Source: Octopus vulgaris (taxonomy: Eukaryota). From it: a stretch of DNA of 64,000 bases. The stretch lies in NCBI GenBank assembly GCA_951406725.2, contig OX597816.1:81282001-81346000 (forward strand), given 5' to 3'. The notes below the pieces were generated by a model. That model saw only the letters and a list, made by a program, of their open reading frames with translations, was not told the origin of the DNA and did no database searches. Positions 24,942 to 38,166 of this stretch are shown here, piece by piece. How positions within the stretch are numbered: position 1 is the first letter of the stretch; each line of letters opens with the position of its first letter. The position numbers were made by a program, and so were the translations under genes.

Positions 24942-26541
24942 TATTTAAATAAGTTGATCTGATTTCCAAAGAGAAGAAATTGTTGGAGCAGGATTCATGG
25001 AGCTTCGGTTACTAAAATTGTGGTATCGGCTAATGTTTCGAGAGGTAAGTCTATAAAAATTATGTTAGCATTCCAAAATCGAGTTCAAGCCTGCAAGTAT
25101 AATTCTGAACGGAAGACAAAACTCACAGAAAGAGACCGCAGAAAAGTAAAACGTATTAAAAAAAAGATCCATAGTATCAAAAGTAATAGCAGAGCCAAAC
25201 CACCAGCATGCCAACTCTGTGTCAACTAAAATAGTTCAGAGCTAAACCGTCACCTTACCGACCTTGTGTGTCAACCAAAATTGCTCGCCATAAGCTTCAC
25301 AAAATTGAACACTAGAGGAGAGCTACAATTACTAAACCATTCTTGTCTCCAATTATATTGATAAGCGGGGAAAATCGGTGTCAAAACTATAAGAAGTGGT
25401 TAATCGCTCAATGGAACAATGTCAATTATTCTGATGAAGAAAAGCCTTCAACTCTGACTGTTTGATTCCTACAGGAAAGCATAGAGGCGGCTCTGTGATT
25501 ATTTGGGCGGCAAATCAGGTAATTTGTCAGCCCTTTAGTTCTTCTACAAAGCAGATTTAACGCCGAACATTATCTGAGTGTTTCGGCTGGTCATATCCAT
25601 CCTATGGTATCAACATTGTTCCATGATGGTAACGCAATTTCCTTGACGATAATGTGCCGATTGATACGGCTAGTGTTATTCTAAATTGGTACGAAAACCA
25701 TAAAAGCGAAATGGACTACTTGGCTTGGCACCCACAACCCCCGGGTCTCCTATATAACTGAACATCCATGATACATTTTGGAACAGCAGGTAAGGAGCCG
25801 CTTTCCTCCATCATCGTGGCTAAAACAACTAAACAGATTTACTTGAAGAATGGTTTAAATTTCCCTAACAACCATTCAGAACTTTACGAGTCAATTCCAC
25901 GACTTATTAAAGCTGTGTTTGATGCCGAAGGGGGACCAACTTCGTATTAAATTACAAAACTTCTATTTAACAAAGTGGTTCCATTAGTGTGTCCAAACCC
26001 CGTATGCATAATATGATTTATACTTACTGCCTTTAAATCGGCGGAAAGTAAGATTTTAAGAAAAATAGTGGAATAGTGTCTAATTTATTGATGTATGAAG
26101 TTAGAAAACTTGAGGCTAAAGCCAAATCAATGATATGTAAAGACAGAAATGTTGTGTTAGGTATACGTTTAGAGAAATAATGAGCTAGAAGTGAAAGCGT
26201 AACAGAGACACAATAAATTAGATGCTGCTGGAATTAAAACTGCTTCTATTTATTACATTCATATATTCAACTGTTCCACATTTCGATTCCATAATTCCTT
26301 CCAACAGATCTCACCATATTAGATAACCTACATAATATTTTTATATTTATAACATTATTTTACTTCGCTATAAAATTATTGATTATTTCCATAAATTTTA
26401 ATTAAAAATTCCATCATAATAATTCTGAAAATATTACTTCTAACTTACACATTATTTGTTATGCGTATGATAGTAATTGTCAACACCTTTTATCATTTTA
26501 CTTCATACACGGGAGGGGATGAATTCCGTGGATTGAAGTAA

Positions 26542-26678
<137 letters not shown>

Positions 26679-27321
26679 ATGTGATGGATAGTAAATATTT
26701 CTCAATGACTGTCTTATGGTAAAGTATGTTACAGGTTTAAAATTCATGTTTTTTTTTAATATTTAGAAACCTTTTGGATACAAAAAATATGAAATTATTG
26801 TAGAGAAAAAAATTTTCACTCAAATTGATAGGAATAATATATGATTCTGTGACGGAGTCAAATAAATTAATAGATGTTAGGCTATTTTGTAGTATAATAT
26901 GATTAGATCAGATTAGTGAACTCGCTGAGATCGTAGGTATAACATTTGAATGATTCAGGATTTGTAAGTAATTAAGAAAAAGTTTAGCAAAAATAGTTTG
27001 TTTAATAATCCATTTAGCAGAACCAAGCACACAAAAGAAATTAACAAATTACTAAATTTTATAACATATATCACTTAAACAAATGGGTGCTATTCAGTCA
27101 ATTTATTTTATACAGAGAAAAGTCGGTAAATGACTTATAATTTAGATGTAAGATATATGATAGTAAGGATATCAATACGAATATTTTATTATGAATATTA
27201 CCAATAATGTTGTATATTAGAATTATTGTCTTTAGAGTTATTAAGGTAGGGTTTGTTTGAAATAAAATGGTTGAATATATGAATGTATGCAATAAATTTG
27301 AGAGCAGAAGAATGTAAGAGT

Positions 27322-27875
27322 CCTTGAACGCTCCCAGCAGAGTTTTTTGAGTTGTATTCAGAATGTTGACTGACGCAGAGGTTTTGAAGGAAGCCGACAT
27401 CCTGAGCATTAAGGCTCAGTACCGATTACGCTGAGTTGGACATTTTGTTCAGACAAATGATCAGAGGATCCATAAACAGATGTTATATGGTGAACTTGTT
27501 TGTGAAAAGCTGCAGTTCTAAGATTGTATAAAGTCCTCGCTGAAGGCATGTGATATAATTGAAGGCCAACTGGGAAAGCAATACTTATCATCACCATCAA
27601 TGGAGAAAACTAGTAAAGGGAGGAGTGGGAATTTTTGAAGAAACACACTTTTTGCGTGTCGAACTTAAATGAAAACCCACTGCTAGTGTAATGAATAGGG
27701 AAAGTTCCGTCTGCAGTATGTGCGAACGTGTATTTCTAGCTAGAGCCGAGCTCATTAGTCACAAGCGGAGCACCAAGTACAAAGTTTAGTTTTGTCTGAG
27801 CGCACAGTTTTCTTAGTCAGTAATGGTCTTCGGTCACGAGTAGGCAACCAACATAATCATCATCATCGTCATCAT
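27322..27875 (+). mobile_element. RTE-clade LINE 3' fragment
   Basis: TDAEVLKEADILSI...RLR*VGHFVQTNDQRIHKQMLYGEL, terminal finger CSMCERVFLARAELISHKRST and a (CAT)n tail. Confidence 0.85.
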
Positions 27876-27984
27876 GCAAGAGTTACGATTACTATTACAA
27901 TAGAACTTGATTAGCTAATAATTTATATAAGCATTTAATTAAAAGCGAGTAATCGAGTAGTTGTTCTTTAGGCTGACATATAGT

Positions 27985-28354
27985 CTTTTCTTTTCTACTC
28001 TAGATACAAATCCCGAAATTTGGGGATTAGATCGACCCCAGTACGCAGCTGGTACTTAATTTATCGACGCCGAAAGGCTCCTCGGCGGAATTTGATCTCA
28101 GAACGTAGCGGCAGACAAAATACCTATTTCTTTACTACCTACAAGGGGCTAAACACAGAGAGGACAAACAAGGACAGAAAACGGATTAAGTCGATTATAT
28201 CGACCCCAGTGCGTAACTGGTACTTATTTAATCGACCAGGAAAGGATGAAAGGCAAAGTCGACCTCGGCAGAATTTGAATTCAGAACGTAGCGGCAGACG
28301 AAATACGGCTACGCATTTCATCCAGCGTGCTAACGTTTCTGCCAGCTCGCCGCC
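27985..28354 (-). mobile_element. Meta-domain SINE with two internal units
   Basis: Reverse complement of the 10050 family. Confidence 0.88.
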
Positions 28355-28574
28355 TTACGGATACAAATGGTTCTGATATAGTTAATACATATAAATTTAC
28401 TTTACAAGAATTTTAATATGAAACCGAGTGTTAAGACAATATTGTTATATTTGGTAAGAGAAATAATTGATAAAGCCTATAAACATACTGAACTAATGTT
28501 GTTTGTCTATATTTCACTTTCTTTTTCCTAATTAGTTGATGGTTTGTTACACTGTCGTGTAACCTTGTAAATAA

Positions 28575-28673
<99 letters not shown>

Positions 28674-28876
28674 GATATATATATATACAGAGAGAGGGTG
28701 GAGAAAGAGAGAGACAGGGAGAGAGAGAAAGCTTTATAATTATATGTAAAAATATATAATCATAGTGAAAAGTACTTGGAAAAAATACCAACATGCTAGA
28801 AATAGAAATCAAAAAGACTCTAAACCACCTATCACTCACTGATATTATTGTTATTATTTTATAACAATAATTTCAT

Positions 28877-28916
<40 letters not shown>

Positions 28917-29057
28917 TTGAAGAGTTAAGCAAAAATTTAGATTCAGATGAATTAGGTACTTAAGTTGAGGCACCAGAATTTTGTACGGTATTATCCATGC
29001 AGTTTCAAAATAAGGTGATTAAAATCAAAATAAGCAACAAGGATATCTAGAAGTAAT

Positions 29058-29257
29058 GCAGTACGATCGTTTCAAGCGACTCCATTTAATTGAACAGTGC
29101 AGCCATTACATCAATTTAAATGCAGAGCAATCCACAGCTGCATAAATACATAGAATTTTAATTAAATTAAAACAGATGGACACATTAGTATAATTTTACT
29201 TAAAACCTCCAAAAAGGTAAGAAGATAGACAAAGAACATGCTGTCTTCTCTTCAGCT
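29058..29257 (-). ncRNA. Degenerate hammerhead motif with long stem II region
   Basis: Minus strand CUGAAGA (29249-29255), about 175 nt, then GAAA CGAUCG UA (palindrome ACGAUCGU). Stem I has only 2 bp. Confidence 0.45.
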
Positions 29258-29495
29258 TAATTTTACCCTTTATTATTAATTGACAATATAATTCTCTCCT
29301 TGATAGTAAACTACAGTTTTTTTCTGTAGAATTTTTATTCATTAGCACACGTGGGTAAGTGAGAAGGAATACGAGATCTCATTCGTCTGTTTTGAATTTG
29401 GAAGTACTGGTTTTGGGACTATGTTGTCTGATGTTGCTCGGTCAGATAATTAATGTTTAATTTTTACAGTGCTCTCAAATTTAAAATCTTGAATT

Positions 29496-29579
29496 ACTGT
29501 ACTGAAGAGTGAGAATGATAGAGTGGAAATGTGATTTTACATTTTTCACATCTCTCTAACTCCGAAACGCGTCTACAGT
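29496..29579 (+). ncRNA. Canonical-core Type I hammerhead motif
   Basis: ACTGTA CTGAAGA [55-nt stem II region closed by G(t)GAG/CTCC] GAAA CGCG TC TACAGT. Perfect 6-bp stem I, palindrome ACGCGT, GUC site. Confidence 0.8.
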
Positions 29580-30134
29580 TAATCAAAGCCGGGTGGATTC
29601 ATTATATTTTTCTCTTTGCCTGCGTGGGTTGTTGAGTATTGTTGTCTGGGTGATTTTTTTATGGTAGAGAACTAGATAGTTTTAACTACTATTTCTAAAT
29701 TTCGGTACCTGGTAATGCAAATTTTTGCTGAACCCTAATTATAATTATACTCATAATTATTTAAAAAATAATTTTTTTTTTGATACATACATACATACAT
29801 ATATATATACATACATGTATATATATATTTCAAATGCTTGGTTTCAAATGTACGAAACAAATTCTCTAACAGACTTAAAGAAAAAGAAAAATGTTAGGCA
29901 ACAAAAATTCTAGTATGACAAATACAAATTCCAAGGCATCCTATTCAACGATATCGATAAATATGTACAGGGTTATCCAAAACGAATGAACCGATTTCAT
30001 TACGCAATATTTTATTAAGGAAAAGCAAACCACAAGTATTTACTCACAAGCAACTTTTATTTTCTGTCTTATAATTGTTCACTGTGGCCACCACCTGCAG
30101 CACGGACAACATGAATGCGATAAGAGTATTCCTC

Positions 30135-30292
30135 CTAGACGCGTATCAGCATATCAAAAGCAAGCTCATTATGGAACTAAAGAATAAATTTGCTTTGCTT
30201 GAGGCGATTCCAGAAGATATTGACATAGAAGGGAAATGGAAAAACTTCGATAAAGCATTCAACCAGACAGCCAAAGTACTCAGTGGATTGTG
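30135..30292 (+). mobile_element. RTE LINE internal fragment (post-endonuclease)
   Basis: MELKNKFALLEAIPEDIDIEGKWKNFDKAFNQTAKVL (cf. EL.NRF..L....DIE..W..F..A). Confidence 0.55.
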
Positions 30293-30295
30293 ATA

Positions 30296-30640
30296 TGTTG
30301 ATACGCGTCTGAGAGGAATCATGCGTAGAGCCGACCAGGTCCACTAGTGTCCTCCATCGCTGGCAGTTCCATGCTGGCCCCTCTGCATCTTCCAAGGTGA
30401 CGTTGAGCTCTGGAGGTCTTCCCCAATCACGTCCAGCCATTTGGACGTCATGAGGCCCCTTCCACCCCGCAGCTACTGCATCGAATAAGAGTAAAGCTCT
30501 GGTAGGATGATCCAGTGGGAAACGGAGGACATGTCCATACCAGCGCATGCGACGGGTAGATGTGAGGTGAGAGGCTGCGGACTGATGCGTGCGCGCACGC
30601 AGTTCTTGTTGGAAACGTGATGGTACCATCTGTTGTTCTC
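30296..30640 (-). mobile_element. RTE LINE 3' fragment
   Basis: RRMRWYGHVLRFPLDHPTRALL...LNVTLEDAEGPAWNCQRWRTLV. Confidence 0.8.
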
Positions 30641-30699
30641 GATGTATATACATAACGCTTTCTATAGAGACAGACAGACAAATGGACAGACGAATACAT

Positions 30700-30700
30700 G

Positions 30701-30738
<38 letters not shown>

Positions 30739-30743
30739 TAGAC

Positions 30744-30798
<55 letters not shown>

Positions 30799-30807
30799 CA
30801 GATAGAT
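30700..30807. repeat. (GACA)n/(GATA)n microsatellite
   Basis: Direct reading. Confidence 0.95.
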
Positions 30808-31174
30808 TTGTAAATAATTCCGTAGATAATTTGTTAAGAGATTTAAATTACGTGTAAATTTTAGTAGTGTTACCGTAGATGGAAGAATGAAAGTGTATTT
30901 ACGACACAGCCAAAGTATTAAAATATAAATGGATTTTAAATATGAACGTGTGACTATTAATTAGATAGCACAGAAGACAAGATAATGCTTCTGTTTTGCT
31001 ATAGGGGGATTTATTTTACCTATCTGGATACTTTAGCTGTGTGCCAAACTTAACGTATATACACCATTGAAAGACATGATGCTGCGTTTTTTTTGTCTGA
31101 GAGAAAATCTCTTCATAGGCATGTTGTGTGAGAGACACAATATACATCGGAGCGAGAACATCATCCACGAGAAA

Positions 31175-31211
31175 GTCAGATGTTTCGGCCCTTTTGGGTC
31201 TTGACAATGAC
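31175..31211 (-). ncRNA. Hammerhead-like motif with U3-A8 covariation (plus A6U)
   Basis: GUCA UUGUCAA GACCC-aaaa-GGGCC GAAA CA UC UGAC. 4-bp stem I. Confidence 0.5.
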
Positions 31212-33039
31212 ATGTACACACTTACCACACGCCTCAGCAAAATTCGTCCCTTCGATATATTTTTGAAGCCAGGAATAATAAATCCACTGATGTTGCGGAA
31301 AGCTTTCCAGGTTGAATTAAACTCGCTCCGATATAAACCCCATGGTACTTATAATAAGAAATATCTCCTTACACACACACAAACCTGAAGTCCTTGTAAC
31401 AAGCTTCAAAATATCTGGCAATCAAACATTTCAAAGCCAACGGAAATCTACATTCCTTTATATTTCCTGCTTTAACAACTTATTCTTTCACGCCTCGCTG
31501 TATATTTTCTCCCCAATAGAACAAATTTTCACATATTCCAGCTATCATCATGTCAAGCATATGCACTCAAACACAACATACATACATGCATATATACATA
31601 CGTACGTATGTACGTACGCAAATAGGCAATGTTTTAAATTTGCATTAATCTTGTTATTTCCTCCGGGGCCTTTTATAATTTTCTTTAAATTCTCTGATAA
31701 TTTTTTAGGTTTCTTTTTCTTTTTCTTTCAGAAATTGAAAAGCCATTGTAAACAGAAGTTGTAAATCATCGTAACCTACCATAGTTGCACTAAATTAGTG
31801 TACAAAATATACGGCACATATTACCTACCAAATATAACCGATATTGAAATAAAACTCTGACATTAACTAATACATCTTCCTTCAGATTGTTTTACAATAG
31901 TTAATAAGAAGTCTTATAATTTATCATATCGTTTACAAAACCATATTCAGGATTTACAGAAAATTTGCAAAGTATATAAACGGTTACGTGTCTGGTGATC
32001 GCCGTCTAGATAAAGTGTAGCCTTAGCAGTCATAACAACGGTAGTTATTACTCTATCTTTGCCGCTGTGCCTTTCGTCAAGACGTCACGACAATACGACT
32101 GTCTTTATATAAAAAAGGAATTAAATTGTGTCGGCCCACTCAGTACACCGGGTCAAAATTATGTACTATCGGATGGAATAACTTTGCTTTGTATATTGAA
32201 TTTCCGTTTATTACTCGGAGTTCGATAAAATAACTACCAGTAATATATAAGAATCGATTCACTCGACTTTAGCTCTTCCTCAAACACAATTGGCCTAATG
32301 TCTAACGAGGAAATCGATATTTGTTGGTTAGTAAGACTAAAAGAAAATATGAAGTTATCTTGTTTGGAAGGATGATTAATTCAGCAAAAAGGGTAAAAAG
32401 CAAAGAGAATGCTTTGGATGTGAAGCAAAATGATAAAATATGAGAAACTGAAAACTACAGGCAATATTGACTCTACGTTTCCAATATTGTCAGAAAGATT
32501 AAAAAGACAATTTATTAATAAGAATATAAAAACAAAACAGAACGCTCAAATCGATACCTGTTAGTTCTTTCGTTGTCTCTGAAGAATTCCGGGAACAGGT
32601 TCGGAAAATATGTAATGGATTAAGCGGAAAGGAAAACGCTGCCGGTGTACATATGTAACTATCCTTTATAAATGTTTGCCTGAGAAAAAATGTGATATGG
32701 TGGGGGAATGTGTAGCGAGGAAAGACAACATAAGCACAGTACATACAAACTGATGCGTAATAAAATATTTCTAACTCATGTACACAAACGGCAATATCTA
32801 TAGAAACATAGCTGAATATTTGCAGTCGTACGAAGAAACCGAACGCTATTTCTAATACAGAAACACAACCGAAAGTTTTTGTTTGTAGTTGGATGAATCG
32901 AGCTCAAATCTGATGTATATTTTTGATCGACCCGGAAAAGATGAAAACCAAATAAAAATCGGGATTTGAGGATAGAAAATATACTTGTCTGACACTCTAC
33001 TGTTTCTAACAAATCCGTATTCTAATAATTGTTTCAAAC

Positions 33040-33450
33040 TTAAGCGCAATGCCTCAGATTTTCTGAGAAGGGTAATTCAGTTAATTGACTCCAAGTACTT
33101 GACAGACACTTTATTTTACAAAATGTAGAAGGATGAAAAATGAAATTGACTACGGCAGGATTACTGCAAGGAACATAAAGAGCCGGATGAAATGCAGGAA
33201 AGCAGTTTTACCGCTGCTCTACTGACTCTGCTGGTCCGCCGCTGTTCAGACTAATAATTCTGTCTATTATATAGGCAAAAAGCCTGGAATTTGGGGGCGA
33301 TGGGGCAAGTCGATTATATTGCGTACAGTGCGCAGCTGGTACTTATTTTATCGATACCGAAAGGATGAACGGTAAACTTGATCTCAGCAAAATCTAAACT
33401 CAGAACGTAAAATCAGATGAAATGCCAATAAGCATTTTGCCCGGCGAAGC
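33040..33450 (-). mobile_element. Two old, diverged Meta-domain SINE copies
   Basis: CTGGTACTTATTTTATCGATACCGAAAGGATGAA...CTCAGAACGTAAA remnants. Confidence 0.6.
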
Positions 33451-33870
33451 ACCCTGATAATAATGCTTCCATTATCATTGGCACAGTCGCAGTTTTCATT
33501 GGCACAGTCTACTAGTGATTTTTAAGTGATTACTGATGTAAACATCCAGAAACATTTTTAGGATAAGTATAGTTTGATGAATTGAGACTGGTAGTCCATG
33601 CTTTTCATGTATTTGCGTTATCAAACCCAAAGGGTAGAAAGACAAAGTCGGTCCACGCGGGATTTTAATACAGAACGTTGAAGAACATAACGAAATACAT
33701 TTAAAATAATAAAGATACGTAATTGCTTCAAGGTGATGTTAAGACTGTCACCCATTAAAATTAAGATTTCTGCCATATAAACAAGGTCATGACTTTTTCG
33801 TTGAAATCGGAACAGTCCCATTATTTGATAGACCCCATTACTTGACTGACAGTTATTTTATCGACTAGAA

Positions 33871-34083
33871 GGCGGCAAGCTGGCAGAAACGTTAGCACGC
33901 TGGGCGAAATGCTTAGCAGTATTTCGTCTGGCTTTATGTTCTGAGTTCAAATTCCGCCGAGGTCGACTTTGCCTTTCATCCTTACTGGGTCGATACATTA
34001 AGTACCAGTTGCGTACTGGGGTCGATCTAATCGACTAGAATCCTCCTCTAAAATTTCGGGCCTTGTGCCTAGAGTAGAAAAGG
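33871..34083 (+). mobile_element. Meta-domain SINE, single unit
   Basis: Full head, core and tail GTGCCTAGAGTAGAAAAG. Confidence 0.88.
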
Positions 34084-34176
34084 TTATTTTATCGACTGAT
34101 TGATAAAAGGTAAAGTTGATTACTGCGAGATTTAAACTTAGAACGTATAACTGTATAGTTAAATATCTCTCTCTCT

Positions 34177-34228
<52 letters not shown>

Positions 34229-34960
34229 GTCGCTCGCTCGCTCGCTCTCCTCTGTGTTAATACCAAATGTGGTCTCAAAAGAAAACACACAGATAATCAT
34301 GAAATAGAATTACCGCAAGGAAGAAAACAAATTCCTGTGTGTGAGTGTGCATGTATGTGTGTGTATGTGCATATAAATGTGTGTCTGTTCATACGTACAC
34401 ACACACCTCCATAATACATACACTCATACAAAGAATATGTGTGTGTAAATGTCATGCCATCACGAAGGATATAGGCTTTTATTGCCAGAAAATCTAGGAG
34501 ACATTATTAATGTGTGTCTTGAAATTTGTAGTGAATAAAAGGAAGTTAGGTCTCTATTTTATAAAGAAGGCAGCATTGTTAACCGGTTATGTAACAACTA
34601 CAGACAATTTAGATTGGTTGGGAAATACATATGGCATACATCAGACTACAGACTACGATAATACAAACAACCTCTGAGAATTAGAAGAAAATATGACAGA
34701 TAGCATGTATGTTTATATGTGATTTCCTTGCGTAATCAACCCGTTGAATTATGCGAAAAGTTTCAGAGGTAAAATAAAATCAAATTCTCAATGCAACCAC
34801 TGTTAGAAGATAGATCTGCCGTCTTAATATAGATTGTTGCACAGTTCTACTCTGTGAGTAGAGGATATGAAATATGATACAGCCAGTCATTGACTGTAAA
34901 ATTCTAGCTCAAATGGATTATAATTTCCATTTTGATTTATGACGAAAGTATATATTTCAA

Positions 34961-35380
34961 GAGAATGAAAAGTGGTACCGAAACATAGTTGAAATATTTC
35001 TGGAATACGAGAAAACGGAAATATTTTGGAAATTTAACAGAGAAAAGATTCGAGTTTTAGAACACAGAACATTCGATATTGAAGTTGCTGACAAAGGCAC
35101 GTATGAACATTTTATAATTAACGCTGTTATATCAAGGGACCACGCTATGTCTCATAACGAGTGCCACAAACAATTCCGAATTCCTGAAATCAAATTAGAC
35201 TTTTACAAGAATGTGAAAGGAAATAAGCGTGATACCAGTAATTATCCTAGCATTAGGATAATTTATACTGAAGAAATGTTTTCCTTTTCTCTTTCACAAT
35301 TACATGTAAAAACAAATATCAACACTACGAAAAAGAATCTGCCATGCATGAAAATGTCAATGTCATTTTGGAAAGTATAA
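34961..35380 (+). mobile_element. R4/Dong-type RLE endonuclease remnant
   Basis: EKWYRNIVEIFLEYEKTEIFWKFNREKIRVLEHRTFDIEVADK...IINAVISRD (cf. KWY.H.P..V.EN...KILWDF.I.TD..IEHRRPDIVV.DK), then KEISVIPVIILALG after a frameshift. Confidence 0.7.
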
Positions 35381-35889
35381 CTTCCTGAGATTTTTTTTTC
35401 CGTACTCCACGCCCTTGTGTATATAAATATAATTATTTCTAATTTCAGCACAAAACCAGACATCTGAAGGTGGAGTAAAGTCAATCATGATGACCCCAAT
35501 ATTTCAGTGGTACTTATATTATCCTCCTTCCACTACCCCCACCACCACCACCACCACCAAAATGAAAGACGTAGTCGATTCTGGATTCCAGAACATAAGG
35601 AGGTGCAAAAAAAAAATACTGCAACACGTCACGTCTGACAGTCTCCCAATTCTGCCTTCCATCGTCCTACTTATTGAGATATGAACACATGATATTTAAA
35701 TGAAATTCTTTCTGGTTTAGCATTGTAAATATTCTTACTCGTGGGGTTAGGAACTATTCCATTCTCAAAAGCACTCGCGCGGCATAAGTCAGATGTGGTA
35801 ATTGGAACTGTATCTTGGTTGTGTTTTTCTATGAGAAACCATTATGTAAATGTGGCAACTACAACAAACAAAAGATGAAAGTAAGAATA

Positions 35890-36213
35890 ACGACGAACAC
35901 GAATGCAACAACCAGGTGACGACGGCGGCGACCACGAAGACGACGACGACAACCATCATCACCACCACCACCACCACCACAATGACCACGATGAGGACTA
36001 CGACCACGACAAAAATGACTATAGCAACAGCTATGAATACCAAAACGACGACTACTAAGGCGACGACGACGCACAGCTGCCAAGACGAGGACGAAGACAC
36101 CGCCGACACCGCCACCGACCCCGACTACGACGACGGCGAAGAGGAGGAGAAGGATCATGATTTTGATAGTGATGGTAGTGGTGGTGGTGGTGGTGGTGGT
36201 GGTGGTGTCGGAG
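35890..36213. repeat. Degenerate compound trinucleotide tract (ACG/ACC/GGT)
   Basis: Direct reading. Confidence 0.85.
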
Positions 36214-36574
36214 GATAAGAAGCAGTCAGTTACAAATTTGTCACAAGAACATCAATGAAATATACAACGGAACTACAACAGAATATTCGAAAATAAGATG
36301 AGATTTCAGTTCCAGCGATAAAAATAAGACGACGCGGTTGTAAAGTACACGATTAGATTTTTATCCATAACTCCGTTATAATGCAGTGTATTCATCTATT
36401 TTTAGGGGGAACCAGTGCAAAAGGAATCGTAACTTGTGATCTTACCAGATCTATTTTGGCCGTGTACTATCGCTCAGTTGTGTGCGCCATCGTTATAATT
36501 TACACACATATAGACGATACAGAATAGAGGAATATGTAGTGGGGAATATGGTCCTATGTATATTATTTTTTAAC

Positions 36575-37090
36575 AGAAGACGAAGTGGTCACGGCTGGAA
36601 TGCATTTGGTCATTGGCCTACTCAATCAAGTTGATCTGGTGCAAAGCAATAAAAGGAGTACAACTGAACGGATGAAGAAGTCATTATATGGTTAATTGAC
36701 GGATCTATTCCATATCAATCACATATACTAGATCCTGATTGACTTGCTAAAAATAGCAATCACGCCCTACTGTCTCAAACAGAAAGGACACATTAGATAA
36801 CGAGGTCTTTAAAACCCTTATAAAGACGGGGTGCTGTCGGTTTGTCATAGGTCTCTCAGTTGTGGCCGGCCTAGGGCTAAACAAGTGCATTATATAGACA
36901 CGCCAAAAAGGGATTTTTACGTCGTCGCTCTGCCTGCTAAATTCTCCTCAGCTCCAGTTTATTTTCTTCAAAAACGAAAGACATTTAGGATAATCTAGTC
37001 CAAAATATATTGTCAGAAAATAAGGGACATTGCTTACAGATTCCATCATAGGTCTATTTGCTCAGTTGTTGATCTAGAACTAAACAACAA
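36575..37090 (-). mobile_element. Three decayed copies of an old short interspersed repeat (also at about 430-620, 1545-1730, 41635-41845 on + and 48150-48290 on -)
   Basis: Recurring motifs approximating GGTCACGGCTGGAATG..TTTG.TCATAGGTCT..TC..TCAG.G.TGACCTGGGGCTAAACAAC and GCTATTTCTAGC. Confidence 0.5.
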
Positions 37091-37171
37091 CAACTACAGT
37101 AATACCAGGTGTCAATCTATTGACAAGTCATCTCTTCAGCTGGTGTTGAATAAAGATACTTGTTTAGCTAC

Positions 37172-37226
<55 letters not shown>

Positions 37227-37233
<7 letters not shown>

Positions 37234-37680
37234 GTAAAATTAATTACAGACATGGACAAGAACATGAAACACCAAAGAGACGACACAAGAACCACAGGAC
37301 GGGACATTCGAAGCCCTCAGTCATCAGTCAAGAACCAGATCATCTTAGCAATTTCGGCTGATTAATCTTGAGATTGCTCCGATTTGGGCAGCCCGCCAAG
37401 GGAAATCTAAGCCAAGCGCATTAGATCCCCTGGAAGAAAGCTTCGAATGTATACAACACGAGGACGGAAAACGAACGAAGTACACGAACAAAAATACAGA
37501 ATACGTGACACCAATAAGAATACAAAAACGTAAAAACAATAACGGTAAAAATAAAAAACAAAACAAAACCAGGACGTAGGACAAGGGTCTTTCGACAGGA
37601 CGAGTTGAGTTTAGGGCTGGCTTATGAAGTTGTGCCTAATGGCCGCAGGGAGACGAACAAATACGTGTTGCTTCGGCGTG
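37227..37680. mobile_element. Unclassified insert between (TA)n and (TG)n, probably Penelope-like
   Basis: Sharp microsatellite boundaries and strand-asymmetric composition like the hammerhead-bearing inserts. Only a non-canonical CUGAUGA...GAAU is present. Confidence 0.4.
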
Positions 37681-37708
37681 TGTGTGTGTGTGTGTTTGTG
37701 GTAAGTAA

Positions 37709-37906
37709 GCGTAGGAGTGGCTGTGTGGGTATGTAGGCGTAGGAGTGGCTGTGTGGTAAATAGCTTGCTTACAAACCACATGGTTCCGGGTTCAGTCCCA
37801 CTGCGTGGCACCTTGGGCAAGTGTCTTCAACTATAGCCTCGGGCCGACCAAAGCCTTGTGAGTGGAGTTGGTAGACGGAAACTGAAAGAAGCCCGTCGTA
37901 TATATG

Positions 37907-37939
<33 letters not shown>

Positions 37940-38140
37940 ATATGTTTGTGTGTCTGTATTTGTCCCACCCCCCGCTTGACAACCGATGCTAGTGAGTTTA
38001 TGCCCCTGTAACTTAGCGGTTCGGCATAAGAGACCGATAGAATAAATACTAGGCTTACAAAGAATAAGTCCTGGGGTCGATTTGCTCGACTAAATGTGGT
38101 GCTCCAGCATGGCCGCAGTCAAATGACTGAAACAAGTAAA
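37709..38140 (+). mobile_element. SINE family A with duplicated 5' 20 nt
   Basis: GCGTAGGAGTGGCTGTGTGG occurs at 37709 and 37737. The rest matches family A. Confidence 0.9.
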
Positions 38141-38166
38141 CATATACCAGTAAAGAATAGCCCGTA

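Larger units (their letters stand above)
24234..26002 (+). mobile_element. Full-length degenerate Tc1 (DD34E-type) transposon
   Basis: TIRs CAGGTGTTGGACAAAATAATAGAAAC / GGTTCCATTAGTGTGTCCAAACCCCG with TA flanks. Frameshifted transposase at about 24960-25950: DFQREEIVGA, WNNVNYSDE, KHRGGSVIIWAA, DDNVPIDTA, WHPQPPGL, LYESIPRLIKAVFDAEGGPTSY*. Confidence 0.9.

Noticed and set aside
30135-30640. Twin-priming inversion of one RTE element
   Set aside because: The fragments meet tail-to-tail, which is the wrong geometry. They are more likely two insertions.
31700-31770. Splice-acceptor-like polypyrimidine-CAG (also about 50430-50450)
   Set aside because: No recognisable coding exon or paired donor follows. 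Small exons cannot be excluded without RNA-seq.
32575-32620. CTGAAGA...GAAA on the plus strand (likewise 45619-45655)
   Set aside because: There is no stem I complementarity. These show the chance background of core-only matches.
35850-36218. Mucin-like Thr-rich ORF
   Set aside because: It is a degenerate trinucleotide repeat.
37296-37332. CUGAUGA...GAAU motif on the minus strand
   Set aside because: It has GAAU instead of GAAA and no convincing stems I or II.
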